Of a DNA stretch of 64,000 nt, positions 26,215 through 35,808 are shown piece after piece. The notes under the pieces are model-generated. The model worked only from the letters and a program-made list of their open reading frames with translations, ran no database searches and was not told where the DNA came from. Position 1 is the stretch's first letter. Each line of letters begins with the position of its first letter. Both the position numbers and the translations under genes were made by a program. The stretch is from IMG/VR virus record IMGVR_UViG_3300042892_005961, positions 124,001 to 188,000 of that record, one strand, 5' to 3'.

Positions 26215-29200
26215 TTAAGGTTGTTCAGCACAAACACTTTTGTCCGATACCTGACCAGTATATGAAATTCTTCCTGAATATGGTGATCCTCCACTATTTA
26301 AAGCGAATGAGTGATATTCATTTTCACCGGTATATACGTTTACTAAATTAGGATCTGTAAAGAATTGTTCTACATTAAATGGTTGATCTGCCGCCGCATA
26401 TGCTAGAATATAGAAATCCTGACCGTAATTTTGACAAGCCAAACTCGATGATGTATAAGATGGTCCTAATTGATAAGCATACGATGTTGCAGGTACAGGT
26501 GTGTCTGTAGGTACCGGTGTTGCCGTTGGTGGGAATGGTGTTGGTGTTGGTGATTCTGTTGGTACGTTTGTTGGTACTGCTGTTGGTACGTTTGTTGGTA
26601 CTGCTGTTGGTATTGCTGTTGGTACGTTTGTTGGTACGTTTGTTGGTACGTTTGTTGGTACGTTAGTTGGTACTGCTGTTGGTACGTTAGTTGGTACTGG
26701 TGTTGGTGTTGGTCCACAATATGTACAATCACTTGATATGTTACAAGTATTACCACATTCAACATCAGTTAATAAACCTGAATTAATAATTGGAGCTGTT
26801 CCACCTTGTAGACAATGCTGTCTACTTGTACCAGGTAATAAATTAATTGATTGTTCAGTTCCATTACAATTTGTTATTGTATAGTTTCCTGTTGTTCCAC
26901 CTTCATTATAAATTGTCCAACATATACAAGGTAATGGTGTCGAAGTTGGTATTGCTGTTGGTACGTTTGTAGGTACTGCTGTTGGTACGTTTGTTGGTAC
27001 TGCTGTTGGTATTGCTGTTGGTACGTTTGTTGGTACGTTTGTTGGTACGTTAGTTGGTATGTTAGTTGGTATGTTAGTTGGTATATTGGTTGGTTCTGGT
27101 GTATTAGTTGGGACCGCCGTTGGTACGTTAGTTGGTATGTTGGTTGGTATGTTGGTTGGTATATTGGTTGGTACTGCTGTCGGTACTGCTGTTGGTACGT
27201 TAGTTGGTAATGGTGTTGGTGTGCTGTAGATAACATCAACATCAACATTAAAGTTACAATCTGGCGTTGGAGTTGGAGTTGGTGTTGTAGTGTTAGTAGG
27301 TGTTGGGGTTGGTGTATTTGTCGCTGGTAATGGCGTAGGAGTTGGTGTATTTGTTGCGGATTCCGGTAATGGTGTTGGAGTATTTGTATTTGTTGGTGTA
27401 GGAGTTGGTGTACTATAGATAACATCAACATCAACATTAAAGTTACAATCTGGTGTTGGAGTTGCGGTATTTGTTGGTGTTGGAGTTGGGGTATTTGTTG
27501 GTGTTGGAGTTGGGGTATTAGTTGCTAATTCTGGTGTATTTGTATTTGTTGGTGTTGGGGTTGGTGTTGGTGTACCATATATAATGTCCACATTTATTTC
27601 AAAATCACAATTTGGTGTAGAAGTTGGTGTACTAGTTGGTGTTGGAGTATTTGTATTTGTTGGTGTAGGAGTTGGTGTACTATATACAACTAAAACATCA
27701 ACATTAAAGTTACAATCTGGTGTTGGTGTAGGTGTTGCAGTGTTAGTAGGTGTTGGAGTTGGGGTACTATAAAATATTTCTACGTCAACAGCAAACTCAC
27801 AATTTGGTGTGGCTGTTGGGGTTGGTGTTGGGGTTGGTGTACTAGTAACAACTAAAACATCAACTAAGAAATTACAATTTGGTGTAGGTGATGGAGTAGG
27901 TGTTGGTGTACTAGTAACAACTAAAACATCAACATTAAAATTACAATCTGGTGTTGGGGTTGGTGTTGGGGTTGGTGTACTAGTAACAACTAAAACATCA
28001 ACATTAAAATTACAATCTGGTGTTGGGGTTGGTGTTGGTGTATTTGTTGCAGGTGATGCCGTTACTGTTGGTGTTGGGGTGGAAGGTAATGGTGTTGCAG
28101 TTGCTGGTAATGGTGTAGCTGTTGGTGTGGCTGTTGGTGTTGGTGTGTTTGTTGGAGTTGGTGTTGGTCCTGGCTCATATATCGCTAATCCTCCACTAAA
28201 TCTACAATCTTTCACATCATTTTGACCAATTGATACATATCCATAATCTAAATAATTATTTACTGTACAATCATTTGGACCGTATTTGTAAGATGTGAAT
28301 TTAATTTTTTCACGTCCTTCATTATCTATGAAAAATTCATATGATATTATTTTTTGTTTTGTTGTTCCTGTAATCGATGAATTACCAATTTCGGTTCCGT
28401 ATTGTGTGTTTTTACCTTCTCCATCTATAGTTGATCCAGAATAGGTGTTAATATATGTAATTGTATTTTGTATCGCCCTTTTCCACAGTATTTTTAATTG
28501 TTGGTCTATTTCACTATAAACCGAAAGGTTATTAGTTGTACCTCCACTATATAATTTAACACTAATACCATTAGTTGTAACGGTATTATCGTTATTAAAT
28601 GTTAATGTTGTTCCAGTTAATGAAGTTGCTCCACTGATTAAAACATATGTACATCCTGTAACATTTGTTGTTGTGTTTAATGCAGAAGCATTTTCAGGGT
28701 CAGTCATACCTGAATAAACTATACCGTCAATTTCAAATATTGGATAAAGTTTAACATAACCATCGTGTTTTGTTTCCCCATCTTCATCAATTTCAATAGA
28801 AAAACCAAGATCATCGTCAGCCTGTTGTATTAAATAATCAAAATAACTTGTAAATCCTGTTGGTATTTCTAAATCAAAATTAATGTGGTCTTCCGTTTCT
28901 GTAGGTTGACATCCATATCTATATTGATATTTTGATCTACCAAAAATATTATTTGAAATTAAATTACCTCCCGTCCATAAAGTTGTTGCAGGAATAATTT
29001 GATCGATAACACTTGTCCAATAAGGACTCATTTTTTCAATAAACAAATTAATGTCAGGAAATGTGTATGCTTTGTTAGGTGAAAAATCTCTAGTAATATA
29101 ATCTTGATAGATGTCCTCTAATGTAATATAATTCTTCTTATATTTTATTAAATTAGAATTTTTAATTTGTTGATGTATCATTAAATCGACATACTCAGCG

Positions 29201-31266
29201 AATGTTACTCCTGTTTGTGGTGTTAAACTATTTGTACCGAATGTTGTACCTGTTGGACCAAAGTCTCTAGATTTACGATATATGTCATAATCAACCGCTT
29301 GTGCTGATGATAAATAAACTTCAATATTTTTTCTATTTAATAATAAACCAGAATTATCATTAAGATTTTCTGTTTGATTATTATCAATAATATTTTTTAA
29401 TTTATATCCTGAGTCTAATCCTGGCAATTTTCTATAAACGTCAAAATAATCTTCACCATAGGTATATGCACTATTTTTAGTAACAATATTTTTAGTTCTT
29501 CCTGTTACCGTTGAATTATCGATATCAATCACTAATGGTGATTTATGATCTGTAGTATTATCATACCAACCAGATCCTTTTTGGAAAAAATATTCTGTTG
29601 ATCCCGTAATTCCTTTAGGTAATAACGTATCTCCATTAACGGGATAATTTTCAGAATTAAATGTTGTTGTACCTGTAGTTATACCAGTATAATATCTATA
29701 TGGAAGATATGTTACACCATTAATAGTTCCACCTGTTGGTAAGAATATTCCTGTTTTGTAAGTTTTAGTTCCCGATATAACATCATAAATGTCACCTTTT
29801 AAATCAAATGATTTAGGTAAAGATATTACCTTGTAAACATATTGATTAATTTTAATCATTGGTTCAGGAGCACCTAAAAATCTTAAAAAAAATTCTAAAG
29901 ATTGTCTTGTACCTTTTGATTTATAAATGTAAGCCAAGTTAACTAACAACCTTCGATAAAATTCATATTCGGCGTCTATTAAAGACGTTCCCGATACTAA
30001 TCCAGAATATTGTTGTGATGTCTTAGTGTATAATAATTCATCTAAACCTTTCTCATCAATTAAGTTAATTGTATCTAACCCTAAAGTATTTGCCAAGTTT
30101 TTTAACAATACATCGGGTACGTTATTAATACCGTCATAACTTACATTTCTCATGTAAGCAATATTATCAATATATTTTTTTACACTATCAAAACTTTGTC
30201 CATATAATTGAAATAATGATTCGGCCTTTTTATCGGGACTATCAAATTCAAACAATTGAGGTGATGTTAAAAACCTAACAAATAAGTTAGACTTATAATC
30301 ATCAATTTCATCTGCTATATTACTTAAATTTGTTAAATAACTATCATATTCTAAACCTGTAATTTTAATGTTCCAATCTTCCTTATCGGATAACGGCCAA
30401 CTATAATTTACTGAAATTAATTCGGTTTTTGTTTCGTCAAAACTATCTCTTGGTACCTTAAAACTTGAAGTATATTTTGGAAAAGTGTCTCTGTTTAATA
30501 AACTTTCCTCTAAATCATCTAAACCTTTAAAGAACTCTTCAACAACACCATCATTTGGTTTAATTAATATATTTTCAGAAAACCCCGTTAAGTTATCAAA
30601 TGGTTTACCACTTACCTTTAATGAAATTATATTATCACTATTAGGTTCAATATATGAAATTACATCATATGTTTTTCCACTTATTGAAATTAAATAGTTT
30701 TTAAAAGAAGTATAAAAATCTCTGTTTTTATTAATTGAAGGTAATATGGTATTACTTTTCGGTGTAACCATAACAATCGAAAATGGATTGTATAGTTTAC
30801 TGTACTCAACTTTAAATTGAGTGGTGTTACTTATATTATCATATGTAATATTATTAGCGGTAAAATTCGTTACTTTAATTAAACTATTAGAATCAATTAA
30901 AATAGCCGCAGGAAAATTATTAATTATATTAGTTGTCGCAACACCTAGTCTACTTTTTAATGATCCAAATAAAGATTTAGCAGCATCATTTTTAGAACCT
31001 TTAAATTTTATTTCTTTATTTTTACTTGTAGTACCACTCGTAGTTGTACTTGAAGTTTGTCCTTTTAAATCATCTAATGTTAAAAAATTAGAAAACGGAT
31101 TTGTTTTAAAATTCTTTGTATCTCTTTGTATTACCTCACTATCTAACGCAAAGTTCGTATTAGTCAATTGACCGGTACCCGTGGTAATTTGATTACCGAC
31201 TAGATTGTCACTGAATGTATCGGCACCACTCGCAGCTTGACTTGGAATTTTACGTAATTTTGCCAT
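26215..31266 (-). CDS. large baseplate wedge-like protein (P2 gpI/T4 gp7-like core) with ~600-aa Pro/Thr-rich C-terminal stalk and tip modules
   Basis: [14 protein letters not shown]...[18 protein letters not shown] motif; repeats and tip from about aa 1035. Confidence 0.65.
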   Translation of the reverse strand: MAKLRKIPSQAASGADTFSDNLVGNQITTGTGQLTNTNFALDSEVIQRDTKNFKTNPFSNFLTLDDLKGQTSSTTTSGTTSKNKEIKFKGSKNDAAKSLFGSLKSRLGVATTNIINNFPAAILIDSNSLIKVTNFTANNITYDNISNTTQFKVEYSKLYNPFSIVMVTPKSNTILPSINKNRDFYTSFKNYLISISGKTYDVISYIEPNSDNIISLKVSGKPFDNLTGFSENILIKPNDGVVEEFFKGLDDLEESLLNRDTFPKYTSSFKVPRDSFDETKTELISVNYSWPLSDKEDWNIKITGLEYDSYLTNLSNIADEIDDYKSNLFVRFLTSPQLFEFDSPDKKAESLFQLYGQSFDSVKKYIDNIAYMRNVSYDGINNVPDVLLKNLANTLGLDTINLIDEKGLDELLYTKTSQQYSGLVSGTSLIDAEYEFYRRLLVNLAYIYKSKGTRQSLEFFLRFLGAPEPMIKINQYVYKVISLPKSFDLKGDIYDVISGTKTYKTGIFLPTGGTINGVTYLPYRYYTGITTGTTTFNSENYPVNGDTLLPKGITGSTEYFFQKGSGWYDNTTDHKSPLVIDIDNSTVTGRTKNIVTKNSAYTYGEDYFDVYRKLPGLDSGYKLKNIIDNNQTENLNDNSGLLLNRKNIEVYLSSAQAVDYDIYRKSRDFGPTGTTFGTNSLTPQTGVTFAEYVDLMIHQQIKNSNLIKYKKNYITLEDIYQDYITRDFSPNKAYTFPDINLFIEKMSPYWTSVIDQIIPATTLWTGGNLISNNIFGRSKYQYRYGCQPTETEDHINFDLEIPTGFTSYFDYLIQQADDDLGFSIEIDEDGETKHDGYVKLYPIFEIDGIVYSGMTDPENASALNTTTNVTGCTYVLISGATSLTGTTLTFNNDNTVTTNGISVKLYSGGTTNNLSVYSEIDQQLKILWKRAIQNTITYINTYSGSTIDGEGKNTQYGTEIGNSSITGTTKQKIISYEFFIDNEGREKIKFTSYKYGPNDCTVNNYLDYGYVSIGQNDVKDCRFSGGLAIYEPGPTPTPTNTPTPTATPTATPLPATATPLPSTPTPTVTASPATNTPTPTPTPDCNFNVDVLVVTSTPTPTPTPTPDCNFNVDVLVVTSTPTPTPSPTPNCNFLVDVLVVTSTPTPTPTPTATPNCEFAVDVEIFYSTPTPTPTNTATPTPTPDCNFNVDVLVVYSTPTPTPTNTNTPTPTSTPTSTPNCDFEINVDIIYGTPTPTPTPTNTNTPELATNTPTPTPTNTPTPTPTNTATPTPDCNFNVDVDVIYSTPTPTPTNTNTPTPLPESATNTPTPTPLPATNTPTPTPTNTTTPTPTPTPDCNFNVDVDVIYSTPTPLPTNVPTAVPTAVPTNIPTNIPTNIPTNVPTAVPTNTPEPTNIPTNIPTNIPTNVPTNVPTNVPTAIPTAVPTNVPTAVPTNVPTAIPTSTPLPCICWTIYNEGGTTGNYTITNCNGTEQSINLLPGTSRQHCLQGGTAPIINSGLLTDVECGNTCNISSDCTYCGPTPTPVPTNVPTAVPTNVPTNVPTNVPTNVPTAIPTAVPTNVPTAVPTNVPTESPTPTPFPPTATPVPTDTPVPATSYAYQLGPSYTSSSLACQNYGQDFYILAYAAADQPFNVEQFFTDPNLVNVYTGENEYHSFALNSGGSPYSGRISYTGQVSDKSVCAEQP
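26558..26700. repeat. 12-bp tandem repeat block ([12 protein letters not shown])
   Basis: gttggtacgttt-type units. Confidence 0.85.
26945..27210. repeat. 12-bp tandem repeat block (PTNV/PTNI/PTAV)
   Basis: gttggtacgttt / gttggtatgtta units. Confidence 0.85.
27222..28017. repeat. eight dispersed CxFxVxVxxx(Y/T)(S/G) units separated by PT linkers
   Basis: [17 protein letters not shown] and variants in the translation. Confidence 0.85.
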
Positions 31267-32177
31267 TAGATATTAGTGATTGTATCAAAGTTTAAATTTT
31301 CATCAATATCATTACGGTTTTCTCTAACCTCATATAGAGTTTCGTTAAAGTTGTCTTTAATTTCAAATAAGTTATATTGTTTATAGATGTTATTATCTTT
31401 ATCGTAAATTGTGTAAATACCTGGAGTAACCGCCTTAGTTTGATTACCGTAAAGAGCATTTGCAAGTGTTGACGCATCATGTTCAACCATATCAATTTCG
31501 ATAGTTGTTGGGTTCATATATGTATTTGATAAAATAACCATTTGACCTGGACTACCAATAAATGGAACGGTATTTGGTTTGTTTGACGGTGCAGACGATG
31601 GTGTAATTGTTAAAAACATAAAGTTTGTTGCACCTTCACTATATTGATATCTTACTGACTTTTGTGTTGAACTATTTAGATTCGCCGTAACAGGAGTACA
31701 ATAAAAAGAAGACGTAACAATTTTATAGAAATTTGGTGTTTTTTGTTTGTTATTAGAATTTATATATTCAATCCTATAACCAACTAAACCTTGTGGTGTA
31801 AATTTATTTCTATCTTCAGACTTAACATTTGATAAATCCAAGATTAGTCCTCTTACTGATGGTAATGATGCTAAAACACCACAATCCATAATTGTTGTTC
31901 TAATTTGTTTTGGTCTGATATGAAGTGTGTATATTCCTAAATCAGGAAAATCTGTTGCATTTAATTTAAGATTATATAAACCTCCTAAGATTTCCACACC
32001 ACTTTCTCCACCGGTATTTCCATTATGTAAAATAGGTGTTAATACCTGATTTGGGGTTAATTTCTTTAATACTGTTGGAGTTGTTGAGATCCGATTGGGT
32101 GCATAATGATAAAGTATTTCTACATCATCGGGTGATACATCCGCCGGTCTAACTATTCCATATGATCCTACTGCCAT
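31266..32177 (-). CDS. putative baseplate/virion structural protein
   Basis: 303-aa ORF in the baseplate block, TAATG-coupled to the large wedge-like gene. Confidence 0.6.
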   Translation of the reverse strand: MAVGSYGIVRPADVSPDDVEILYHYAPNRISTTPTVLKKLTPNQVLTPILHNGNTGGESGVEILGGLYNLKLNATDFPDLGIYTLHIRPKQIRTTIMDCGVLASLPSVRGLILDLSNVKSEDRNKFTPQGLVGYRIEYINSNNKQKTPNFYKIVTSSFYCTPVTANLNSSTQKSVRYQYSEGATNFMFLTITPSSAPSNKPNTVPFIGSPGQMVILSNTYMNPTTIEIDMVEHDASTLANALYGNQTKAVTPGIYTIYDKDNNIYKQYNLFEIKDNFNETLYEVRENRNDIDENLNFDTITNI

Positions 32178-32187
32178 ATTCTTTTAT

Positions 32188-32195
32188 TATAAATA
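32188..32195 (-). promoter_or_regulatory. candidate late promoter TATTTATA
   Basis: 10 nt upstream of ATG 32177. Confidence 0.5.
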
Positions 32196-32201
32196 TAAAT
32201 C

Positions 32202-33674
32202 TTATTGTTTTTTAACTTTAAAAAATCCATTTCCATAAACATCTAACTCACTCATGTTGTCAATTTCACCCAATCTTAGATTAACCTCCATGACACCTTG
32301 ACGTCCTCTTTCCACAAAAATGTCAGAATATACTGTTGGGTCATCGATAAAACCTAAGAAATGTTCGTTTCTTGTTAACATATGATTTATAACATACTCG
32401 GTAGCAAATTCTGTTGTATTACCACTTGTTGTTAAATATGGTACAGTATTTATTGTGTTTCCCGATATTTCATATGTATAACCACTAGTTGGTCCAAACC
32501 TATAATTTGGAACACTTCCCGTTATTTGTGTAAATCCATCTTCTCTATCCATATAATATAAATCATCTACCGTATATCCTGTATACTTTGTTCCATCAGA
32601 TAATGATCCTGAATCAACACCATAAGGTGTGGTTTCACCATATCTCTTAAATTCACCAATTCTGCTTTGACCTATTGCCATAAATTTAAATGTCTTTGTG
32701 GGTGTTGCAGTATATCCTGTGTTAGAATATTCATAATCATTTAAATAATTTAAAGATCCTGTTATTTGTGTATATGGTATTGTAAACCCGCTAAATGTCC
32801 CTAATACATTAACATTATCAGTAATAGAACCTGTATTAAAAATGGTTATGTTTTTAGTTATTTTTTGATTTGACCATGGAGAGTTTAAAAAAATTGATAT
32901 ATCAAAACTACTTATATTTGATCCCGAATATGTTTCTTTATATGAACCTGTATATGACGATGTATATGGTGTATAATTAAATGACGCGGTTGGAAAATTT
33001 GAATATAAAACTCCTCCATTTGAATCTAATGAACCTGTAATTGATAGTGATCCTGTTATATTTTGTTTAACTCCCCAATCTATTGTAAAATCTTGATCAA
33101 CAATTTTTCTTAATTTATCAGGATTTACAGTACTATAAATCGTAACATGTGATCCTGATATTCTATATGTAAAATTAACTAATTGTTCTACTTGTTCCAT
33201 ATTTCCATCGAATGAAACCATAACACCCATTTCATCCACATCCGATTCTAAATAAATTGGTATCTCATATTCATAACCCGTAAATCCCGTGTATAAATTC
33301 CAATTATCTCCATCCCATTTATAATATTTCCCCTTTGTATTGTTAATTGCAACTTGTTCAACCTCTTTCCAATATACACTACCAGATGGTATGTTATTTA
33401 AATTACTACCTGTTAATGATTGATACGTTTTACCACTATAAAATAAAACAACGCTTCCTGTGTATGTAATATCAGGATACCATTTTATGTCACGTACCAA
33501 ATGTAAACTACCTGTCTCATTTGAAGACGGTACCATACCATCTATTGGGACTGACGCACTATACCAAGATTTCCAATCGTTTATTTCTGTATCAAACCAA
33601 AAAGTACCAGTTTCTGAATGTAAATTAACATCAGGTATCTGTCTTTTTAATATTGTATATTCGTTTTTTTTCAT
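32202..33674 (-). CDS. virion structural protein with a CBM5/12-like module
   Basis: WYPDITYTGSVVLFYSGKTYQSLTGSNLNNIPSGSVYW; T/G/S/Y-rich. Confidence 0.55.
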   Translation of the reverse strand: MKKNEYTILKRQIPDVNLHSETGTFWFDTEINDWKSWYSASVPIDGMVPSSNETGSLHLVRDIKWYPDITYTGSVVLFYSGKTYQSLTGSNLNNIPSGSVYWKEVEQVAINNTKGKYYKWDGDNWNLYTGFTGYEYEIPIYLESDVDEMGVMVSFDGNMEQVEQLVNFTYRISGSHVTIYSTVNPDKLRKIVDQDFTIDWGVKQNITGSLSITGSLDSNGGVLYSNFPTASFNYTPYTSSYTGSYKETYSGSNISSFDISIFLNSPWSNQKITKNITIFNTGSITDNVNVLGTFSGFTIPYTQITGSLNYLNDYEYSNTGYTATPTKTFKFMAIGQSRIGEFKRYGETTPYGVDSGSLSDGTKYTGYTVDDLYYMDREDGFTQITGSVPNYRFGPTSGYTYEISGNTINTVPYLTTSGNTTEFATEYVINHMLTRNEHFLGFIDDPTVYSDIFVERGRQGVMEVNLRLGEIDNMSELDVYGNGFFKVKKQ

Positions 33675-33675
33675 T

Positions 33676-35808
33676 TTAGCACTGTTCTGATGATAATCCT
33701 GTTATTTGTCCTGTACTATTATTAATATCCCACGTTTCTCCATTAATTTGAACATATTCGTATCCTATCAAAGCATTAGGGAATGTATCAACATATACAA
33801 AGCATCCTGTTGTAAAATCAAATGGTCCACAATCAGAATAGAATGTTCTATTATTTGATGCGTCATTACAAACTCCACTAAATGTATTTCCTCTACCACA
33901 ACCTGTATATGTTGTTAAAGGTATTGTAGTTGCTGTTGGAGTAGGCGTTGGTGTTGAACCGCCAGGAGTTGCTGTTGGCGTTGCGGTTGGAGTTGCAGTT
34001 GGCACACCTGAACAAGAGGTACATGCTGTTTGAGCTGTTCCTGTTTGTGCCGAACCATCTCTCATAAATTCTCTTTCATCAGTACCATCAGAAACCCAAA
34101 ATGTAGTGTTATTAGTCATATCACCATATACGTTACCATATATTGAAGAAGATAAACCTAATACTTTAGTTAGGTTACATAATGAAGTACCTTGAACTGT
34201 AACAGTCACCGCCTCATATTCACCACCACTACAAGCTGATGGACCATTAACTAAACTCACATAACCACTAAATGTAGTTTGGAATGGTGTTGGAGTTGGT
34301 GGTAAAGGAGTTGGTGTTGCAGTTGGTGGTAAAGGAGTTGGTGTCGCCGTTGGTGGTAAAGGAGTTGATGTTGGTGTTGGTGTTGCGGTTGATGGAAGAC
34401 ATGACGTTTCACCATAAAACACAGATGAAATTGACGCGATTACTCCTGATAATGAATTATTTTGAATACAATCATTAATTACTTGTGGTCCAATACCAAA
34501 TGTCTCCGTAACTTCACTACCCTCACAATTAAAATATCTAACAGTTCCACCAAAATCAACTTCAAAACTTACTGACGTTACACAAGGACTTTCTGTAGGT
34601 GTTGGGGTTATTGTAGGAATTACCGTAGCCACTGGTGTAGGTGTTGAAGTTGGGAAAGGTGTTGACGTTGGTCTAGGTGTCGCCGTAACTCCACCAATAG
34701 GTGTCGGAGTTGGGGTTGATACCGGTAATAATACTCCTCCTCCTTTTTCGTAGAATGTTATACTATCAGTCGTTGTATAACCTGTACCTATTCTATCTAA
34801 TTTTGTTGTCCCCGTATATCTATATATTTGATATGTTCTTTCATAGTGATCAAAATCAATTTGATAATACATATCTTTTTCTTCCGTTATATTATAACTT
34901 GTTGTTTGACCTGAATTTATAAAATCTAATATCTCACCTCTATCCGCATTGAAAAATTTTGCTGTCATGAAAAACGTATTCATTCCGTGATAAAATGGTG
35001 ATTTATTATCATTTGGGTTTTTTATAATTTCATATGTTAAATTTGGATATTGAAATGTTTGTCCCGTCCAACCAATTAATGTGGTACCTGTAGTACCTGT
35101 AGTTATTGGTATGTTTACTTGTGTTATATCGTTATTTTCATTTGTAAATAAAATAGTTTGTTCCGTTGTTGCGGTAAAACTATACATATCTAATGTTGTA
35201 GTTCCACTTAAATTAGTATCTGTTAAAACACTCTCATTATCAAACCAAAACAAATACATATTTTCTTTGTTTCGATAATTTGAACCTGTAAAAACAGGTA
35301 CAAATATATTATACCCATAGTTACTACCTGTATGAAAATATTTTTCACCTAAGGGTAATGCTAAATTTTTAGAATTTATTAATCTTCTATTTTGTCTTGT
35401 CGGTGGCTCACATGTTAAAACATAATTTGTTATACTACCGGGTGTTTTATAAAACTCTAATCTAAAGAAACTTTCAGTTGATTGTTTTGTCATCAATTGA
35501 TTTTCTTGTGTTGATATACCAACAGGATTATAATCTAAAACATAATTTGGTGTGTCTCCACTTGTTGCAAAATAAAATTGAAACCATATGTCAGTTTGTG
35601 TAAAATTAGGTGGGTAAGTGTTTCCCGTTACAATATATGGTTTATGAATGTATCTAACTGTTTCATAATTTTTAGATGGATTAATAATATCTTTTAAAAC
35701 TTCATCTTCAAAATCGGCAAGATTATCCTGCCAACCCAAATCGGTTCTAAAACTTTGTTCACTATTAACTACAATATTTAAATTGTTACTATTTTTTAAA
35801 ATTTCCAT
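33676..35808 (-). CDS. virion structural protein with C-terminal PT stalks and three Cys-bounded modules
   Basis: Two modules shared with 24212..25522; terminal module ends in C. Confidence 0.65.
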   Translation of the reverse strand: MEILKNSNNLNIVVNSEQSFRTDLGWQDNLADFEDEVLKDIINPSKNYETVRYIHKPYIVTGNTYPPNFTQTDIWFQFYFATSGDTPNYVLDYNPVGISTQENQLMTKQSTESFFRLEFYKTPGSITNYVLTCEPPTRQNRRLINSKNLALPLGEKYFHTGSNYGYNIFVPVFTGSNYRNKENMYLFWFDNESVLTDTNLSGTTTLDMYSFTATTEQTILFTNENNDITQVNIPITTGTTGTTLIGWTGQTFQYPNLTYEIIKNPNDNKSPFYHGMNTFFMTAKFFNADRGEILDFINSGQTTSYNITEEKDMYYQIDFDHYERTYQIYRYTGTTKLDRIGTGYTTTDSITFYEKGGGVLLPVSTPTPTPIGGVTATPRPTSTPFPTSTPTPVATVIPTITPTPTESPCVTSVSFEVDFGGTVRYFNCEGSEVTETFGIGPQVINDCIQNNSLSGVIASISSVFYGETSCLPSTATPTPTSTPLPPTATPTPLPPTATPTPLPPTPTPFQTTFSGYVSLVNGPSACSGGEYEAVTVTVQGTSLCNLTKVLGLSSSIYGNVYGDMTNNTTFWVSDGTDEREFMRDGSAQTGTAQTACTSCSGVPTATPTATPTATPGGSTPTPTPTATTIPLTTYTGCGRGNTFSGVCNDASNNRTFYSDCGPFDFTTGCFVYVDTFPNALIGYEYVQINGETWDINNSTGQITGLSSEQC
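34034..34128. repeat. 95-bp perfect direct repeat, copy 2
   Basis: Identical to 24486..24580. Confidence 0.85.

Noticed and set aside
26466-28225. Gln/Tyr-rich and Val/Gly-rich ORFs in other frames and strands (e.g. 26466..26765, 26501..26884, 26874..27437, 27809..28225)
   Set aside because: Shadow translations of the PT-coding repeats, which lack stops in several frames
24458-34284. Possible DGR template/variable repeat pair (module B copies)
   Set aside because: Mismatches are ordinary, mostly synonymous and not adenine-specific; both copies are coding; no reverse transcriptase in the window
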